Counted from the stretch's first letter, positions 35,001 through 48,766 are shown. The stretch is DNA of 64,000 bases from Balamuthia mandrillaris (GCA_031835245.2 JAVKOQ020000020.1:62001-126000); one strand, 5' to 3'. A program made the numbers and translations. The notes: a model not told the origin generated them from the letters alone.

Positions 35001-37530
35001 AACAAGAACAAGAACAAGAACAAGAACAAGAACAAGAACAAGAACAAGAACAAGAACAAGAACAAGAACAAGAACAAGAACAAGAACAAGAACAAGAAGA
35101 GGGAGATGAAGATGAAGAAAAACAAGATGACAAAAGAGGAGAAGGAACTAACCTTTCCAGGATAATTAGCATAGTCATCGCTCGGCATGCGAGCATGAGG
35201 ATTTTGCTGCATGAAATCGACGCTGGGTTGTACAATCTTACGACAGGCCTGCGTCAACTTGGTTACGATATACCACGGCGATAGCATAGTGTCAAATTCG
35301 GGTTCTTCCTTCTCTTTTTCTTTCTCCTTCTCCTTCTTGTCTTGCGTATTTCCATTTTCTATGCTCTCACTTTGCTTTGTTCCTTCCTGCTCTATTGCAG
35401 CAGATGTTGTTGCATCCTCAATGACTTCCTTCTCTTTTTGTTTTTCGTTTACATCACTGTTTTGCTCTTTTACTTCTCGTTTGTCTTCTTCATCGTCATC
35501 CTCAGATGGTGCCTCTTCACTCTCCCCATTTTCTGCATCTTCATCATCCCCAAAGTCTTCCGCATCAATTGAATCCAAAAGTTCTTCCAACTCTTGCAAC
35601 AGGTCTGCTTTGGTGGCTTCGCTTTCTTCTTGATCTATAGCAGCTTCCAGGCGTTCCAATTTGGCTATAATATCTGCTTCTCGCACAAATGCTTTGTTCT
35701 CTTTTTGTTGTGATATTCCTCCGCTTAAAGAAGAATAATATGTCGTTTGCTGCTGATTGTTGTTGCGAATACCCGCGCGAACTAAAGGCGTAGTAGGACG
35801 AATATGTCTTTTCTTCTTCACTCTTCCGTTGGTTAGCACTTCCATCATTTTGGAAGTCATCCAGTCCGTCTTGGCTCGTTCTACTCCCGCGAAATCTAGC
35901 AGTTGCGCTTCGTCCCAAGTACTTCCTCGTAGCTTTTCGAATACATTCATCAGAGAAATATACAACAAAAGAACATTGAGACAAAGAACAAGGTACCCCT
36001 AGATCAACGGGCAAGAGCCCATGATGCTGTGGATCAAAGTTGTCATAAATACCATCCGACACCAGAAAGATAACGTCATCCTGTTGGCACGGCACAAAGT
36101 ACAATCCCAGGTTGCGAAGATCAGGTTCTTTGTCACCGGCATAACCTCTGTAGGGACCCAATCTGCCGCCGGGGTCGGTGGCATCCACTTGGTTAAGGCG
36201 ATTGTTGTGAGTGACGTCGATGATTTCCTTGTTCTTCTGCGAGTAATGAAAGGCTTTGCAATCGCCAACGGTGGCGCAGACAAACACCCAGTTGCGATGT
36301 TGATACTCGTTCTGCCATCTTGTTCTGTCTTGCTTCTTTTGCGTATGTGCTTCTTCTGCTGCCGCCTCTTTCTCTTTCTTTCGTAGCTCTTCTTCGATGA
36401 GTTGGGCAAGCTCTGCAGAAGCCGAGGCGGGACGCCGTGGAGTGGTTGGGTCGATGGCTTCCAGTTCGGCTCGTTCATCATCGCTCGGACTGCAATCCAC
36501 CAACCCCGCCAACTCTGCGATACTCACAGGAGTGCTTCTCTTGGCGGTCCTGCTGCGAACTCGCTTCAAGTCCTTGATGCCCTCTCCAAGGTTGCGCATG
36601 GAATGGCTGATTTGGGTCTTGGAGATGAGTTCGAGGAGGAGGCCACCGCAGATAGTGGTTGTGCCCACGTTGCCCATGTCCCGAATATCATAACCTGATA
36701 TGATCTTTTCGTGGGCTTTGGCGAGTGCTCGGAGGATCAGTCTGCCTGCTTCCCTGGGTTGAAAATATTTAAAGAAAAGAGAAGCGTTAGTGTTTGACGC
36801 TCGTTTGTTTGCTTGTTTGTTTTTTAATTTTTATTCCCTCATCCTTCCCTAGGCTCCTTCTGTCTTTCTTCTCCTTTCTTCATGAGTGAAACAAGAACAA
36901 GAACAAGAACAAGAAGAGAGAGAGAAAGAGAAGAACGCTTAAAAAAAAAAGACTAACCTTAAATCATTGATAGTGTGATGCCTCTCTTCGAAAAAAGACA
37001 CAAAAGCGTGTGCTGCTCGACGAGCTGCCTCCGCAGGGCCATTACCCCATCCACAACCATCCGCCAATGCTGCCACCACTCTGTTCTCATAAATCTGTTC
37101 CATCAAATTTGAGTAATATGTTTCAAAAACAACAAAAAAGAGCCCAACTGTGAAGAAAAAAAGAAAAGAACAAAAAAAGGAAAAAGGGAGAAGAAGTGAC
37201 AACACAACAATAGAGTAAGTAAGAAAGAAAAGAAAAGAAAAGGAAAAGAAACCTTGCAACGAAAATAATCACAAATGGGATCAGCCAAACGAACGGAGGT
37301 ACCAGGCAGCATTGGATAAAGGTTGATGCTTCTGCCGGCAGCCACGTTGCCGAAGCTGAGAACAACGTCCTGAAGATCGTTGGCCGGAGCGCGAAGCTCA
37401 AAGAATTTCCCAGTGGAAGTCAGCGGTCTCGTGGGAAAACCAGGAAGCTCGATCCAGTCGGTAAACTTTGGTTGCTGCAACGCGATCAGCTTGCCCATTC
37501 TCCCTATGTTGTTTTCGTTGAGTTAAGAGC

Positions 37531-37576
<46 letters not shown>

Positions 37577-38493
37577 GGAGAGACAGATCAAACCTCCAAC
37601 ACTCATTCGAATGGTCATCTTTTTCAAGACTTGTATCTTACGTTTGCTCAACCGGTCGAGCTGCTCTGCGCTCAACCTCTTTCTCTCCGTTGTTGTGGAG
37701 TTGGACGGTGGCCGATTGCCCTCCATCGCCACCAACCGAGCAGAATGCGAAACAGGCAACCGGTGTGTCGGTTGTGGAGGATGAGGCAAGTTATTTCTTC
37801 CCTCTGCCTCTCCTCCTCCTTCTTCTTCTCTCTCTGGAGGTGGTGCTGATGTATTGGTATGATGCTTATCCGCCCGCTTTGGTTTGTTCTTCTTGGAAGT
37901 GCCCCAAACAAAAGGAATAAACGGTCGCGAATGAGAAGAAGAAGCAGCAGCAGAGGAAGAAGATGAGGATGAAGAAGAGGACTTTTTCTTATCCACTTTG
38001 TGGAGAGCAGCAGAGGACTCCATGGCGAGCAGCTTTTCAAAGTCTATAAGGCCGCTGTCCCGCTGGTGGCGCCTCTTTGGCTTGGTGAGCCCTTCTTCAA
38101 ACTCTCTGTGATTCCTGGAGGTGGAGGAGGAGGTCGCCTTCTTGTTGTTGTTGGCTGAAGAGGAAGGCTTGACCGTCCGAATGTGTGAGTCTGAGTGAGA
38201 GCCAACACCTCCGCTGCCTCCTCCCTTGCCTCCAATCGTGGAGCCAGACGTAGCGGCGTTGTTGTTTTTGGGAGAAGGAGAAGAAGAAGAAGTGGCGGTG
38301 GTAGACGAAGGAGAAGAGGAGTTGAGGTTGCCTTCTGTTGTCTGAGGAAGATGTGAACTTCCTGTTGTTGGCCTCTTTTTTTTTTTTTTTCAAACCAGAT
38401 TAACAGATTACCCAACAAAACAGAGGAAAGAAAACGAAAACGAACCGAAATCATATCGGATAAACGCTGGCGTCCAGCATGTTCGCCTTCCAT
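32080..38493 (-). CDS. Large PP2C-like (PPM-type, Drosophila CG9801-like) domain protein with long low-complexity extensions
   Basis: ALADGCGWG, GTTTICGG, CATVGDCKAFHYS, DPGGRLGPY, LVSDGIYDNFDP and PGK|MDHTTC across exons; exon phases are consistent from ATG 38493. Confidence 0.85.
34600..35100 (+). repeat. (GAA)n/(GAACAA)n microsatellite filling intron 34564-35152 of the PP2C-like gene
   Basis: Directly visible; explains the spurious poly-R/K/E/F ORFs here. Confidence 0.95.
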
Positions 38494-38688
38494 TGTGAGG
38501 CAGGTATCCCCACTCCTGTGCTGCTGCTTACCGCTTGTTGGGGGGATTTTTCTCAATCGACGTTTATCTAACGCTACGTTTATAGGGCCAAAAAAAAAAG
38601 TAACGCTTCTTTCGAAAAAAACAAAACAAAACAAAATAAATAATACATCCTCAATCAACACAGTCTCTCCATCAAACACAACAACAAC

Positions 38689-38726
<38 letters not shown>

Positions 38727-39073
38727 GAGAGGGAGAGAGAAGGGGTCCCCTACCTTCCAAACAGGGCTTTGCTGCTCAAACGGCCGTTTCTTGGTTTCTT
38801 TTTTGTTTTTTTTGTTTTCGCAGATAAAAACGCGGTTGTCCTTTTTGTCGACATTGTGTAAAGATCGCATCGGGGCGCTCTCCTAATTTAGCACAATTTC
38901 TGATTTTCTATTGGTGGGTTTTCGTAATTACAACCAAGGTAACTGAATAAGGGCGGATCTTGTCCAATTTTTTTATTTATTTTGCAGAAAAAGATAAGAA
39001 AAAAAAGTTGTGCTGTCTATGTACGAAAAACAAAAATGTTGGCTGCTGTATGTGTGCGTTTTTTTTTTTGGTT

Positions 39074-42066
39074 TTACTTCTCTTCCGCTTTGCCGGCACC
39101 GGCGTCCTTGTCCTTCTTCGTCCTGAACACTTTGCCAAAGCTTGCCGTCAAGGAGTCTCCCTTCTCCTTCTCGCCTGCCGTCGCGGAGCTGGTTCTCTTC
39201 AAGTGCTCCTTCTTTTCCTTTTTCTTCTCCTTCTTCTCCTTCTTCTCTTTCTTCTCTTTCTTTCTGCTGCTGCCGCCGTCCTCTTCCTCCATGGCAGCGG
39301 AGGCTGGCATCACCGAGGAGCCCTTCTTTCTTGGTGAACGAAGAGAAAGCCTGTGCCTGTGTTTGGGCTTAAGACTGCCATTCGTCGCAATGTGATCCTC
39401 CTCTTCAATCGTCGGCAAGGTGTTGTTTTCTTTTCGTGGCGACGACGACGAAGTTTCTATGGTAGGAACGTCGATTGAAGGTTCTCTTCTTCTGGTGCCG
39501 CTGTTGGTGGCGCTGCTGGGGGCGCTGCTGCTACTCTCCTCGCACATGTCATCGTCCAGCTCCTTATCCTCGTCGACGTTGACGTGAAGAGGAGGAACAG
39601 CTGTCGAAGAAGAAGTTTCTTCTACAGCGCCGTTTGCTTTTCCTTCTTCATTCAATTTCGTTCGATGACGAGGGCTCTTTGGCTTTTGTTGGTTGTTGTT
39701 TTCTTCCACAGGCTGCACAGAGGGAACATGTTCACTGCTGCTGGTCGGAGAAGGAGCTGTTTTTTCTTTATCTCCTCTTCTGGCGATGTGGCCAATGCCT
39801 TTGCCCACATTGGAGATGCCCTTGCCAAAGCCTTTACCTACGTTACCAACGCCCTTGCCGACATTACCGACGCCCTTGATGACGTGATCGGCCGGTGAGG
39901 GCATCCATCCCTTCTTGTGTGCTTCCGCCTCCGCAATCATCTGAGCCCGCTGTTCCTCATCGTGAGCTTCTTCTTCTCCTTCTCTCTCAGCATCCTCGTC
40001 TTCAATAGTGAGCCCTTCATCTCCATTCTCTTCCTCATTGACAGAAGGACGACCTCCTCGTCCAAAGAGTCCCTTTTTCTTTTTCTTTTGTTCTTGCTCT
40101 ACCTTTTTCTTTCTGGCTTCCTCCACTTCTGCCACAGCTCTCCGCTGGGACTCGTTCAATTCGTCGTTGAGAAAGTCCATAGGATCTTGTCCCCAGCTTC
40201 CTCCTTCAGAACTTCGTTCCAGCTCATCGATCATACTCTCCTCGTTGTTGAGATCAACATCTTCCATCGGCTCGGTTTCTGCTCCCTCTGAGGACTTGTG
40301 GCGATGCCCCATGCCTCCGGTGAGACTGCGACCCATTTTGCCAAATCCACGACCCATGCTGCCTCCAAAGGAGGTAATACCCTTGCCAGCGGCAGTAGTT
40401 ACGCCAATACCTGCGCTGCCGATACCCTTGCCTGCACTGCCGATACCCTTGCCGACGGCGCCACCTAAGTCCGTTGCGGTCTTGAGGGTCTTAACCGTCA
40501 TCTTTCCGCTGGAGAGCAGCGGCTTGGTGGTGGTGGAGACCAGCCAGTCAGATGAGGTTCTTTTAGCATGTTGGGCTCCTTCGCTCTTCTCTTTTGGGTC
40601 CAATTGTTTCGATGGTTAGTTTTTTTCCGCTAAGATGAACGCAAGAGGAAAGAGAAGAGAATGGTGAAGAGAAGAGAGATAGAGAAACCTTCAGCCTTGA
40701 CTTCTTCCATGTTAAGAATGGCAGGCAAGTTAATCTCAATGAAGCGAGGATAGAGCATAAGCAAGCCCAATTGTTCTGTGATTAATGACTTGAGCCACTT
40801 GCTAATGAGCGGAAGCTAAGTAGCAAAAGCAAGTAAGTAACAGAAGGTGAGAAAACTCTTCACAGATCTCTCTCATGAACAGTTCAATCCTTACCTGCAT
40901 CACATCTGCAACGCTTTTCAAGGGACGCACACAAACATCTATCTCAGGATCTTCCAAGAATTGTATCTGGATGATGCGCACGAATGGGATCTTGTTGTCA
41001 ATGATCTGCAAGTGAACACGCAGCTTACCGTCGAACACAAGGTCCGAGACGAGCAAAGGCACTGTCACAGCGGCCATTTTGGCGTAGACCACGATAGCGA
41101 GGTCGCTCATGAACTTGATGTTAACATCCAAAGTCTGTTCCCAAAACAAACAAAAGGGAAGCCATGGCAAACACAATCGAGGATAAAAAAGTGATGAGAA
41201 TAACAAAGGAAATAAGAAAAAAGTAAGGGAAGCAAACCAAAGTATCAGCAGTAGTTTTGTGGACACAAATGTCATGCAACGTTGGTGCAACACTTCCCAA
41301 GTTCACCTCCTGAAAGCCAATATCTTGCTATTATTGTTCCGATAACAAACAAAATGAGTGATATGGTAAGCAACAAGGAGGGAGGAAGAGAGAGAATAGG
41401 AAAGAAAGAGAGAGTGTGAGAGACAGTGAGAGAGAGAGAGAGAGAGAGAGCAGAGAGATTGGTTCAAAAACTACTGAATGAAGAAACAACATCATACCAG
41501 CTGAGGCGGCTTCTTTTGCTTGAGCACCGGAGAAATCTTCTCTACCAAGAAGCTGGCAATGAACTTGCTTTCGTTCTGCCAGACCTTCTCGAGGATGGCA
41601 TTAATCCAATGCACGCTCTCTGACTCTGGCCAATACTGTTGAACGGTGGTGTTAATACGAAGAACACCAAACAAACAACCAACCAACAACAAACCTTTTG
41701 GAAGAATTCGTCTTGTTGTTGCTTGAGTGCCCTTCTGACAGTCCAGGTGGTGAGGATCTCCGACCACTGAAACGCGATGGCCACCAGCACGATGAGCCAC
41801 AAGAAATGGAAGCCCAGCCACGCCACAAAGTAGGTCAGGCTCAGCATGACCACGCAGAGGTACATGGGCTTGTAGAGGAGCACCTCCAAAGCAGGCGGGA
41901 GGAAGCTCTTCTTCTTCACTTTCTTCTCCGTGGAAGAGGCCTCCGAACCATCGATGGGAGTGGAGGGCGGAGGAGAGGAGGAAGGAGAGGGAGCGCGAGT
42001 GGAGCCGCTCTTCTCTCCTTTGGCTTTCTTCTCTTCTTTACGCAGCCTTCCGCTCAGCCTCATCAT
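39074..42066 (-). CDS. Membrane-anchored SMP-domain lipid-transfer protein (extended synaptotagmin/tricalbin-like; no C2 domain seen)
   Basis: Hydrophobic hairpin, then ESVHWINAILEKVW, VNLGSVAPTL, VSDLVFDGKLRV, FLEDPEID, LPLISKWLKSLITEQL..LYPR; tail with GKG[IV]G repeats. Confidence 0.85.
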
Positions 42067-42118
42067 CTTTCGTTTGTTTGTTACTCCTGCAAGAAAAAAC
42101 AAAATAAATAAGAGAGAG

Positions 42119-42155
<37 letters not shown>

Positions 42156-42188
42156 AAAGAAGGGAACAGATGAGATTCAAACAAGAGA

Positions 42189-42219
<31 letters not shown>

Positions 42220-42715
42220 GCAGAGTATCATAGAGTTACCTCCTCCGATGGTGCTTTGCTTTTGTCAAATGTTTCAAACAACAACTAGTTGTTTAGTTGA
42301 TTTTTTTTTTTTGTGATGGTGACAGGACCACACCCCACAACAGGCAGGGCAGGGCAGGGCAGAGCCAGAGGAGAGAGGAAGGGAGTAGAGGCGGAAACCC
42401 CGCTCGAAATTCTCTGTGCGCTCCGCTTTCCTGTCTGTCGTGTCCGCGCTTTTTCCGCCCATCCCAACCGTAGAAGCCGATGAAAAGCGGCGGGGAGGGG
42501 TTGAACGCCGATCCAACCGCCGAAAAAAGGAAATCGGTTCCCCTGATCGGATTTTCTTTGCCCTGCTATGATGATGTCATTTTGATCGTTCCTGGAATTT
42601 TTGGACACCCCAGCAGCAAAGGTGCTGCAATTTTGCAACCGTGCTGAAGGGTTTGTGCTGTTCGCAAAGCGTAGCGCAACAAAAAAGAAGAAAAAAAAAA
42701 GCGTAGTGCAAAGAG

Positions 42716-44382
42716 ATGAACAGGAGGACGTCCCTCGTGTTTTGCGCCTCCTCCTCCGGGCGGCCGCTGCTACGGGCTTGCGCGAAGGAGGCAAGGCTTT
42801 GGTTCCTGTCCACCACCCAGCCACGAGCGAGGGCCGGCCCCTCCCTCTCGGCCCTCCCTCGCTCGCCGGGGGCTTGCTTCTCTTCCTCCGCTGTGTCCTT
42901 GTCCTCCTCGCGACGCGCTCGCCTCAGAAGCATGTTCTCGACGTCCGCGGCTGGCAAAAAGGCGAGTGAACGGGGAGAAGAGGGAGCAGTAGAAGAAGAA
43001 GAGCAACCACAATCACAACAGGCCGAGACTACCACCTCCTCTTCCGCCTCACAGCAAGCGTTGGCCGTTCACACCCCCAAAGAGACTGGACTGAGCCAGG
43101 ACTACACCCTCTCTGCCGTTCAACTACAGTCCGACCTCAGGGGCGATGGCATGTTCCCCTACAAAGTGATTGGTCACGAGAACCAAAGTGTGGAAGTGCG
43201 TATCTCGCTCTTTGTTTTTCTCTACTTCTTTTGTAAGTACGCTAACAAAAGAGTCCCTCGTGACCAGGTGGACATAGCACCAGGTGAGGGTATTCGTGCG
43301 GAAGTGGGCTCTTTGGTATGGATGAGCGAGGGGGTGGAGATGGACACGCAGACCGGCGGAGGCGTGGGCAAGGCCGTTGCCCGTTATATGACCGGAGAGA
43401 GCTTCTTTGTCACCGACTTTAACAACACCGGCAGCAAAGTCGCTCGTGTTGGATTTGGTAAGATCTCTCTCTCTCTTTCTCTCTCTCTCTTCTCCTCTCT
43501 AAACGTTTTTTTCATGCCCATCTAACCGCAACTAGGCTCCAACTATCCAACCAAGATCATCCCTTTCCGGTTGCGTGACCACGACTCTCAACTTATCTGC
43601 CAAAAAGGGGCCTTCTTATGTGGCTCCAAAGAAGTGGACATTGAAATGCACTTCACCAAAAGCTTCGCATCCGGTTTCTTTGGCGGTGAGGGCTTCATCC
43701 TCCAAAAGCTAGTTGGAAACGGTTTGGTCTTGGCCAAAGGGGGTGGATCCATCATTAAACGTACCCTCGCGGAGGGAGAGGTCATGCGCGTGTCCGCTGG
43801 TTCCCTTGTGGCCTTTGAGTCCACCATTGACTTTGATGTCGAGATGATCAAAGGTGGAAAGAATCTCATATTCGGAGGAGAGGGACTCTTCTTCTCAACA
43901 CTGAAGGGACCTGGTGCGTACTCAAACTCTTCATTTTATTGTCTTCTCTTTCTCCTCTTTTCTTAATCGTCGCCTTCCCCCAAACCCTAAACAAAGGAAC
44001 TGTCTGGATTCAAAGTTTGCCGTTTGATAAGTTCGTGGATGCACTAGCCTATCGCCTTAGTCCAGGTGGAGGAGGCTACGGGCCTCTGTTGGCGGCAGCC
44101 ACTATGGGAGGCATGGGTGGTGGCACTCCTCCTCCAGTTGCTTCCGGTGGAGGAGGAGAAGGAGGAGGAGCAGGAGGAGCGGAGGGAGCAGCAAAAGGAG
44201 CTGGTGCTGCAGCTGGTGCCAGTGGTGACCCAGAAGCGCCACCAGCTGAAGAAGAAGACAAATGGGGAGACAAAGAAGCGAGCAGAGGCGGTTGGGGAGA
44301 CGAAGAGGAGGAAGACGAGGATGACGATGAGGAGGGCGAAGGCGGCGGTTGGTTCTCCAGTTTATTCGGTGACGACGGCTGA
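42716..44382 (+). CDS. AIM24/TIGR00266-family mitochondrial protein (4 exons)
   Basis: Presequence-like N-terminus; IRAEVGSLVWMS, TGESFF, CQKGAFLC, GFFGGEGFILQKL, FGGEGLF..L.GPG|TVWIQSLP. Confidence 0.9.
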
Positions 44383-44952
44383 GCACTCCCACACGCGTGC
44401 GCGTAGGGGGGAAAAACTTGGACAAACTTTGCCCGCGGGCTTTGTTTTTCTTACAAAGCTGATGCAATCTATATATAAATTAGGAAATGTTGATGTAACC
44501 CCTGCATTTTGTTTCTTTTCCTCTCATCGATGCGCTGAGATCGGGGGATAATTTGGAAATTTCAGGAGGAAGAGTCCTCTCTCCCCGTCCAGAGGAGACC
44601 TGACCGTTGCAACGAGTGGCAGCTATACCGCGAAAAAAGAAAAGAAAAGAAAAGAAAAGAAATTCGCAGGAACAGTTTTTTTTTTTCCAAAACATCAAAC
44701 AGAGGCCACCAAACTTTTTTTTAATACACTCAAAAACCAAACAAAAAGGACTGCGGATCCCCGAACCATACGTTGGGAAGGATTTTTTTTTTTTGATTTG
44801 AAACAAAAAAAAAAAAAGAAAAAGAAAAAAGAAAAAAGAAAAACCGAGCGGGAAAAGGTATGTGTTTTTCTTTGCACCACTTTCACACTTTCAGGCCTTT
44901 CTTCTTTCAAAGATTGGAAGTTTTGGGTTCATGCTCACTGCTACCTTTTTTT

Positions 44953-44992
<40 letters not shown>

Positions 44993-45078
44993 AATCTTTT
45001 GGACTTTTTGTTGCATGCAAACAAAAAAAAATAGTTGTGTGTCTGTGTGTGTCCAGTAACAATAATAATAGAGTGGTC

Positions 45079-46356
45079 ATGGCGTCTTCCTCGAACCACA
45101 CAACAACAACAACAACAGCTCCACCTCCCGAAAAGACCCTAAGGGAGTCTTTTTGCGGTGCGGCCAATCACCTCACCCAACTCTACATCATGAGCCTTCG
45201 CCAGGAGAAATTAGCCTTCAAGAAGGGCTACTGCGATGCCATGGAGGAGGTCATGCGTTGGTTGGAGGCCAGAGGAGCAAATAATGATCACCAACATAAC
45301 GCCACACTGAGGGTGGACTCCATCAAGGAGTTCATACGCAGCAGAACCTTGGCCACCATACGGGATCAGGAACAGGAGATTGTGGGCCTGGAAAGTGTCA
45401 GAATGGGAGTGCACGGTGTTGCTATGCCCCCTCACGCCTCTGCTCAAGGGGAAGAGGAGGAGGCGGAAGAGGAAGCGGAAGAGTTTGAAGAAGGAGGAGA
45501 AGAGGAAGAGGAGGACGAGGAGGACGAAGGAAATGCGTGGTTGGAAGAGGAAGGACCCAAGGATAGGGGGCGTAGGAGCGCCAAAGGAAAGGAGAAGAGG
45601 TTGAACCAACGTCACAACATCAACGCCAACATAGGAGGAACAACCGCCAACACGTTTTCTTTTGGCGGCGGCGCAGCAACTCCCACAACAACGAATCAAC
45701 CTTTTAATCACAATAGACCTCTTCCGCCTACCTCCTCTTCGTCCTCTTCATTGGTGGGCATGGAGCATCTTAGCTTGCATGGTACCTCTTCTTCCACATC
45801 ATCAGCTTCTTCTTCCAGTTCTTTTCCTTCCTCTTCAGCTTCTTCATCTGCCGCATTTTCCTTTCAACCACCTCAACAAGTACAACAACCCTCTTCATCG
45901 TTTTCTTCCTCTTCTACATTTCTTGTAAATTCTTTTTCTGCCTCGACTTCTCCTTCTCCTCGACTACAACAACAGCAAAGGAACCAACGACCGCACTCAA
46001 GGCCGCGCACCGCTAGCAGCAACAACAGAAAGAATACAGCCATCCCCAAAAAGCGGCCTTTCTTTGATTTGCTTTTCAATCCCACGCCTAACAACCACAA
46101 TACCTCGAACCCTTTTGAACAAAGCGATGCTTCTTCTTCTTCAGCTCCTTTTTCTCCCTTTCACGCTGTGCCTTCTTTGACGGAACACAATGAAGGGGAG
46201 GGCGACCCAGCGGATGCTATGGAAGGGTGCATGGACCTCGTGGGCAATCCTCGGGAATGGAAGAAGGCTCGTTTTCTAGAAGTGGAGGAAGACCCCTCTC
46301 CTTCCTCCCCCTCTCCCTCTCCTGTTGCTTCTCTTTCTCTGCGACCGAAAAAATAA
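45079..46356 (+). CDS. Protein with HAPSTR1/C16orf72-like N-terminal helical motif and disordered tail
   Basis: LRESFCGAANHLTQLY..AFKKGYCDAMEEVMRWL matches the F.xAA.xL.xLY..GY pattern as I recall it. Confidence 0.55.
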   Translation: MASSSNHTTTTTTAPPPEKTLRESFCGAANHLTQLYIMSLRQEKLAFKKGYCDAMEEVMRWLEARGANNDHQHNATLRVDSIKEFIRSRTLATIRDQEQEIVGLESVRMGVHGVAMPPHASAQGEEEEAEEEAEEFEEGGEEEEEDEEDEGNAWLEEEGPKDRGRRSAKGKEKRLNQRHNINANIGGTTANTFSFGGGAATPTTTNQPFNHNRPLPPTSSSSSSLVGMEHLSLHGTSSSTSSASSSSSFPSSSASSSAAFSFQPPQQVQQPSSSFSSSSTFLVNSFSASTSPSPRLQQQQRNQRPHSRPRTASSNNRKNTAIPKKRPFFDLLFNPTPNNHNTSNPFEQSDASSSSAPFSPFHAVPSLTEHNEGEGDPADAMEGCMDLVGNPREWKKARFLEVEEDPSPSSPSPSPVASLSLRPKK

Positions 46357-46504
46357 ATGTGAATTATTTTCGAATAATTTATCCTTTAAGGTCGATAATG
46401 TCGACAACAATACCTTGATTAGGAAATTTTTGAGGTGATGGAACGAAAAATTATTGAAAAGTTTGACGAACAAAAAACAAGAGAGGGTCCCAAGCGGCAA
46501 AGAG

Positions 46505-48619
46505 ATGCAAACAGACTTCCCGCCGGTGTGCCGTGAGCTGAAGCAGATTTATGATTTTGAAAAGGAGGAGCTGGAAGCCGTTCATGCCAGGTTCTGCGTT
46601 TTGTTTAAATTCCTGGCTTTATCATGTGATAGGATCTGATTTTTATCATCGCCATGCAGATATTCTGCTTTAGAGAATGCTTTTAGGGATAGGTATGACG
46701 GTCGCGCCCCTCACTTCTTCGCTCGTGCTCCTGGACGAGTCAACTTGATAGGTTCTATCTTCTTTCTTTGTCATCGCTGTTCTCTCCCTATCTGATTCAA
46801 ACTCTTATTCTTTTTTTTTTCCATCATTGTCTCTTGCTCTCTCTCTCTCTCTTTGCTCTGTTGTTGCTGTCCCTGAAAAGGCGAACACATCGACTACAGT
46901 GGCTATGGTGTGTTGCCGATGGCACTCGACAAGCACGACACCATTCTCGCCATCGCGGCCGCTGTCCCTTCTCCCCAAGAAGAAGGAAAGGTCAACCTCG
47001 CCAATATGGACGAGGAGCGGTTCGCTGCCCGCTCTGGCCTCCCTTTCGCGACCGCTAGACCGGACCCGAGCCGACACGACTGGTCCAACTACTTTTTGGC
47101 CGGCTGCAGAGGCGTCATCGAGAACCAACAAGAGGAGGAGGGAGAGAAGGCCAAGCTGGACTTATCTTTGGATATCATGGTGCATGGCACTGTCCCTATC
47201 GTACGTCATTATAGTTTCTTCTTTTTGTTCGTATTCATTCTGTTCTATTCGTCTCTTTATTTCATTTATTTGTGTATCCCGTTGTTCTTGAGCCTGTTCA
47301 GTGATAGCCTTTTTCTCCTCATGAAAAAAAAGGGTTCCGGTTTATCTTCCTCGTCTGCTCTGGTGTGCGCCTCCACTTTAGGCATCACCTTTGCCAAGGA
47401 CTTCATCTCGAAAGGTCAACAAGAAGCCTACGCCGCTGCACCTGTTTCCATTGCCAAAACAAGGCTTGCTGACATTTCTTGCCAATGCGAACGTTACATC
47501 GGAATGGAGAGCGGAGGGTATATTAACTACTCTTCTTTCTTCTTGTTCTTATTCTTCTTCTTCTTCTCTTGAAATGGCTTAAGAGAGATAGAAAGAAACT
47601 GATTTCATGCAATTGCTATAGGATGGATCAGGCCATTTCGTTTTTGGCAGAGAGCGGCAAAGCAAAGAAAATAGATTTCGATCCACTGCGTTCTCGCAAC
47701 GTGGCACTTCCCAAAGGGTAAGTAGTCTCTCTCTCTTCTATGTCGAAATAAAACTAACATTTTTTAAAAAAGAGTGTCGTTCGTGATAGCGAGCAGCATG
47801 GTCGAAAGCAACAAGTACGCCACCGCCGAGTCCGGCTACAACATGAGAGTGGTGGAGTGTCGCTTGGCCGCCGTCGTGTTAGCCAAAGCCATCCAAATGC
47901 CTGAGTGGAAGTCCGTTCGCAGGCTCATTGACCTTCATCGCTACTACTCTTCTGCTGCTGAGTCCTCTTCTTCTTCGGCCGAAATACTTTCGCTTTTGAT
48001 GGAGAAAGTGCAACTGCACTTGGAAGATAGAAAGTACAGTCTCGTGGAGATTGCTGCGTTTCTTCAGCTGGAACTCTCCGAGTTGAAAGAGCTTTATCTC
48101 GGCAGTCTTCAACAATGGGTCCATTGGAATGAAGAAGAGGAAGCGGAGAAAGAAAGCAAGAAGATCTCTCCCAAGCAACCCACTTTCGAGCTCTACAAGA
48201 GAGCTTTGCACGTCTACTCCGAAGCCAAACGCGTCGACGACTTTGAAACGCTCTGTCAAGAAATCAACCTTCGCCAACAACACGAACCGCAAACGGAGCA
48301 AAAACTTCTCTCCGACCTGGGAGAGCTGATGAACCAAAGCCATTACAGCTGCAGAGACCTCTTCGATTGCAGCTGCCCTGAGCTAGACAAGCTCACCCAG
48401 CTGTGCCGTGAGAGCGGGGCGGTGGGGTCTCGTCTGACGGGAGCTGGGTGGGGCGGATGGACCATCTCGCTGGTGCCCAACGAGCGCTTGGAGGAGTTTT
48501 TTGCGAAGGTGAGAGCGCAGTTTTACGGCGGAGTGGAGGAGGCATCGATGGAGCGGTGCATGCTGGCCACCCGCTCGGGCTCGGGTGCTGCTGTTTATCT
48601 TCCATCTTATTCTCAATAA
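46505..48619 (+). CDS. Galactokinase / N-acetylgalactosamine kinase (GHMP family), multi-exon
   Basis: [71 protein letters not shown]. Confidence 0.95.
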
Positions 48620-48724
48620 TAATAACCGTTTTTTCTCTCTCTCCAAGCTTAGTAAACTTTGTCGAAGAAAGAAGCAAATTAGAAGAGAGAGAGAGAGAGA
48701 GAGAGATATTGATAGGAAACGTAC

Positions 48725-48766
<42 letters not shown>

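Noticed and set aside
34569..35284. Overlapping poly-R/K/E/F/L/SC ORFs (also near 17930, 49400 and 57917-58495)
   Set aside because: These are translations of stop-free intronic microsatellites, not genes.
42561..42651. Box C (ATGATGA, 42568) and box D (CTGA, 42644) with a short CCCT/AGGG stem, suggesting a C/D snoRNA
   Set aside because: Lies in the likely promoter or 5'UTR of the AIM24 gene; the stem is offset and no convincing rRNA guide could be verified without snoscan/Infernal.
44530..44635. GC-rich intergenic patch with AATTTGG as a possible snRNA
   Set aside because: No recognisable U1/U2/U4/U5 conserved sequence.
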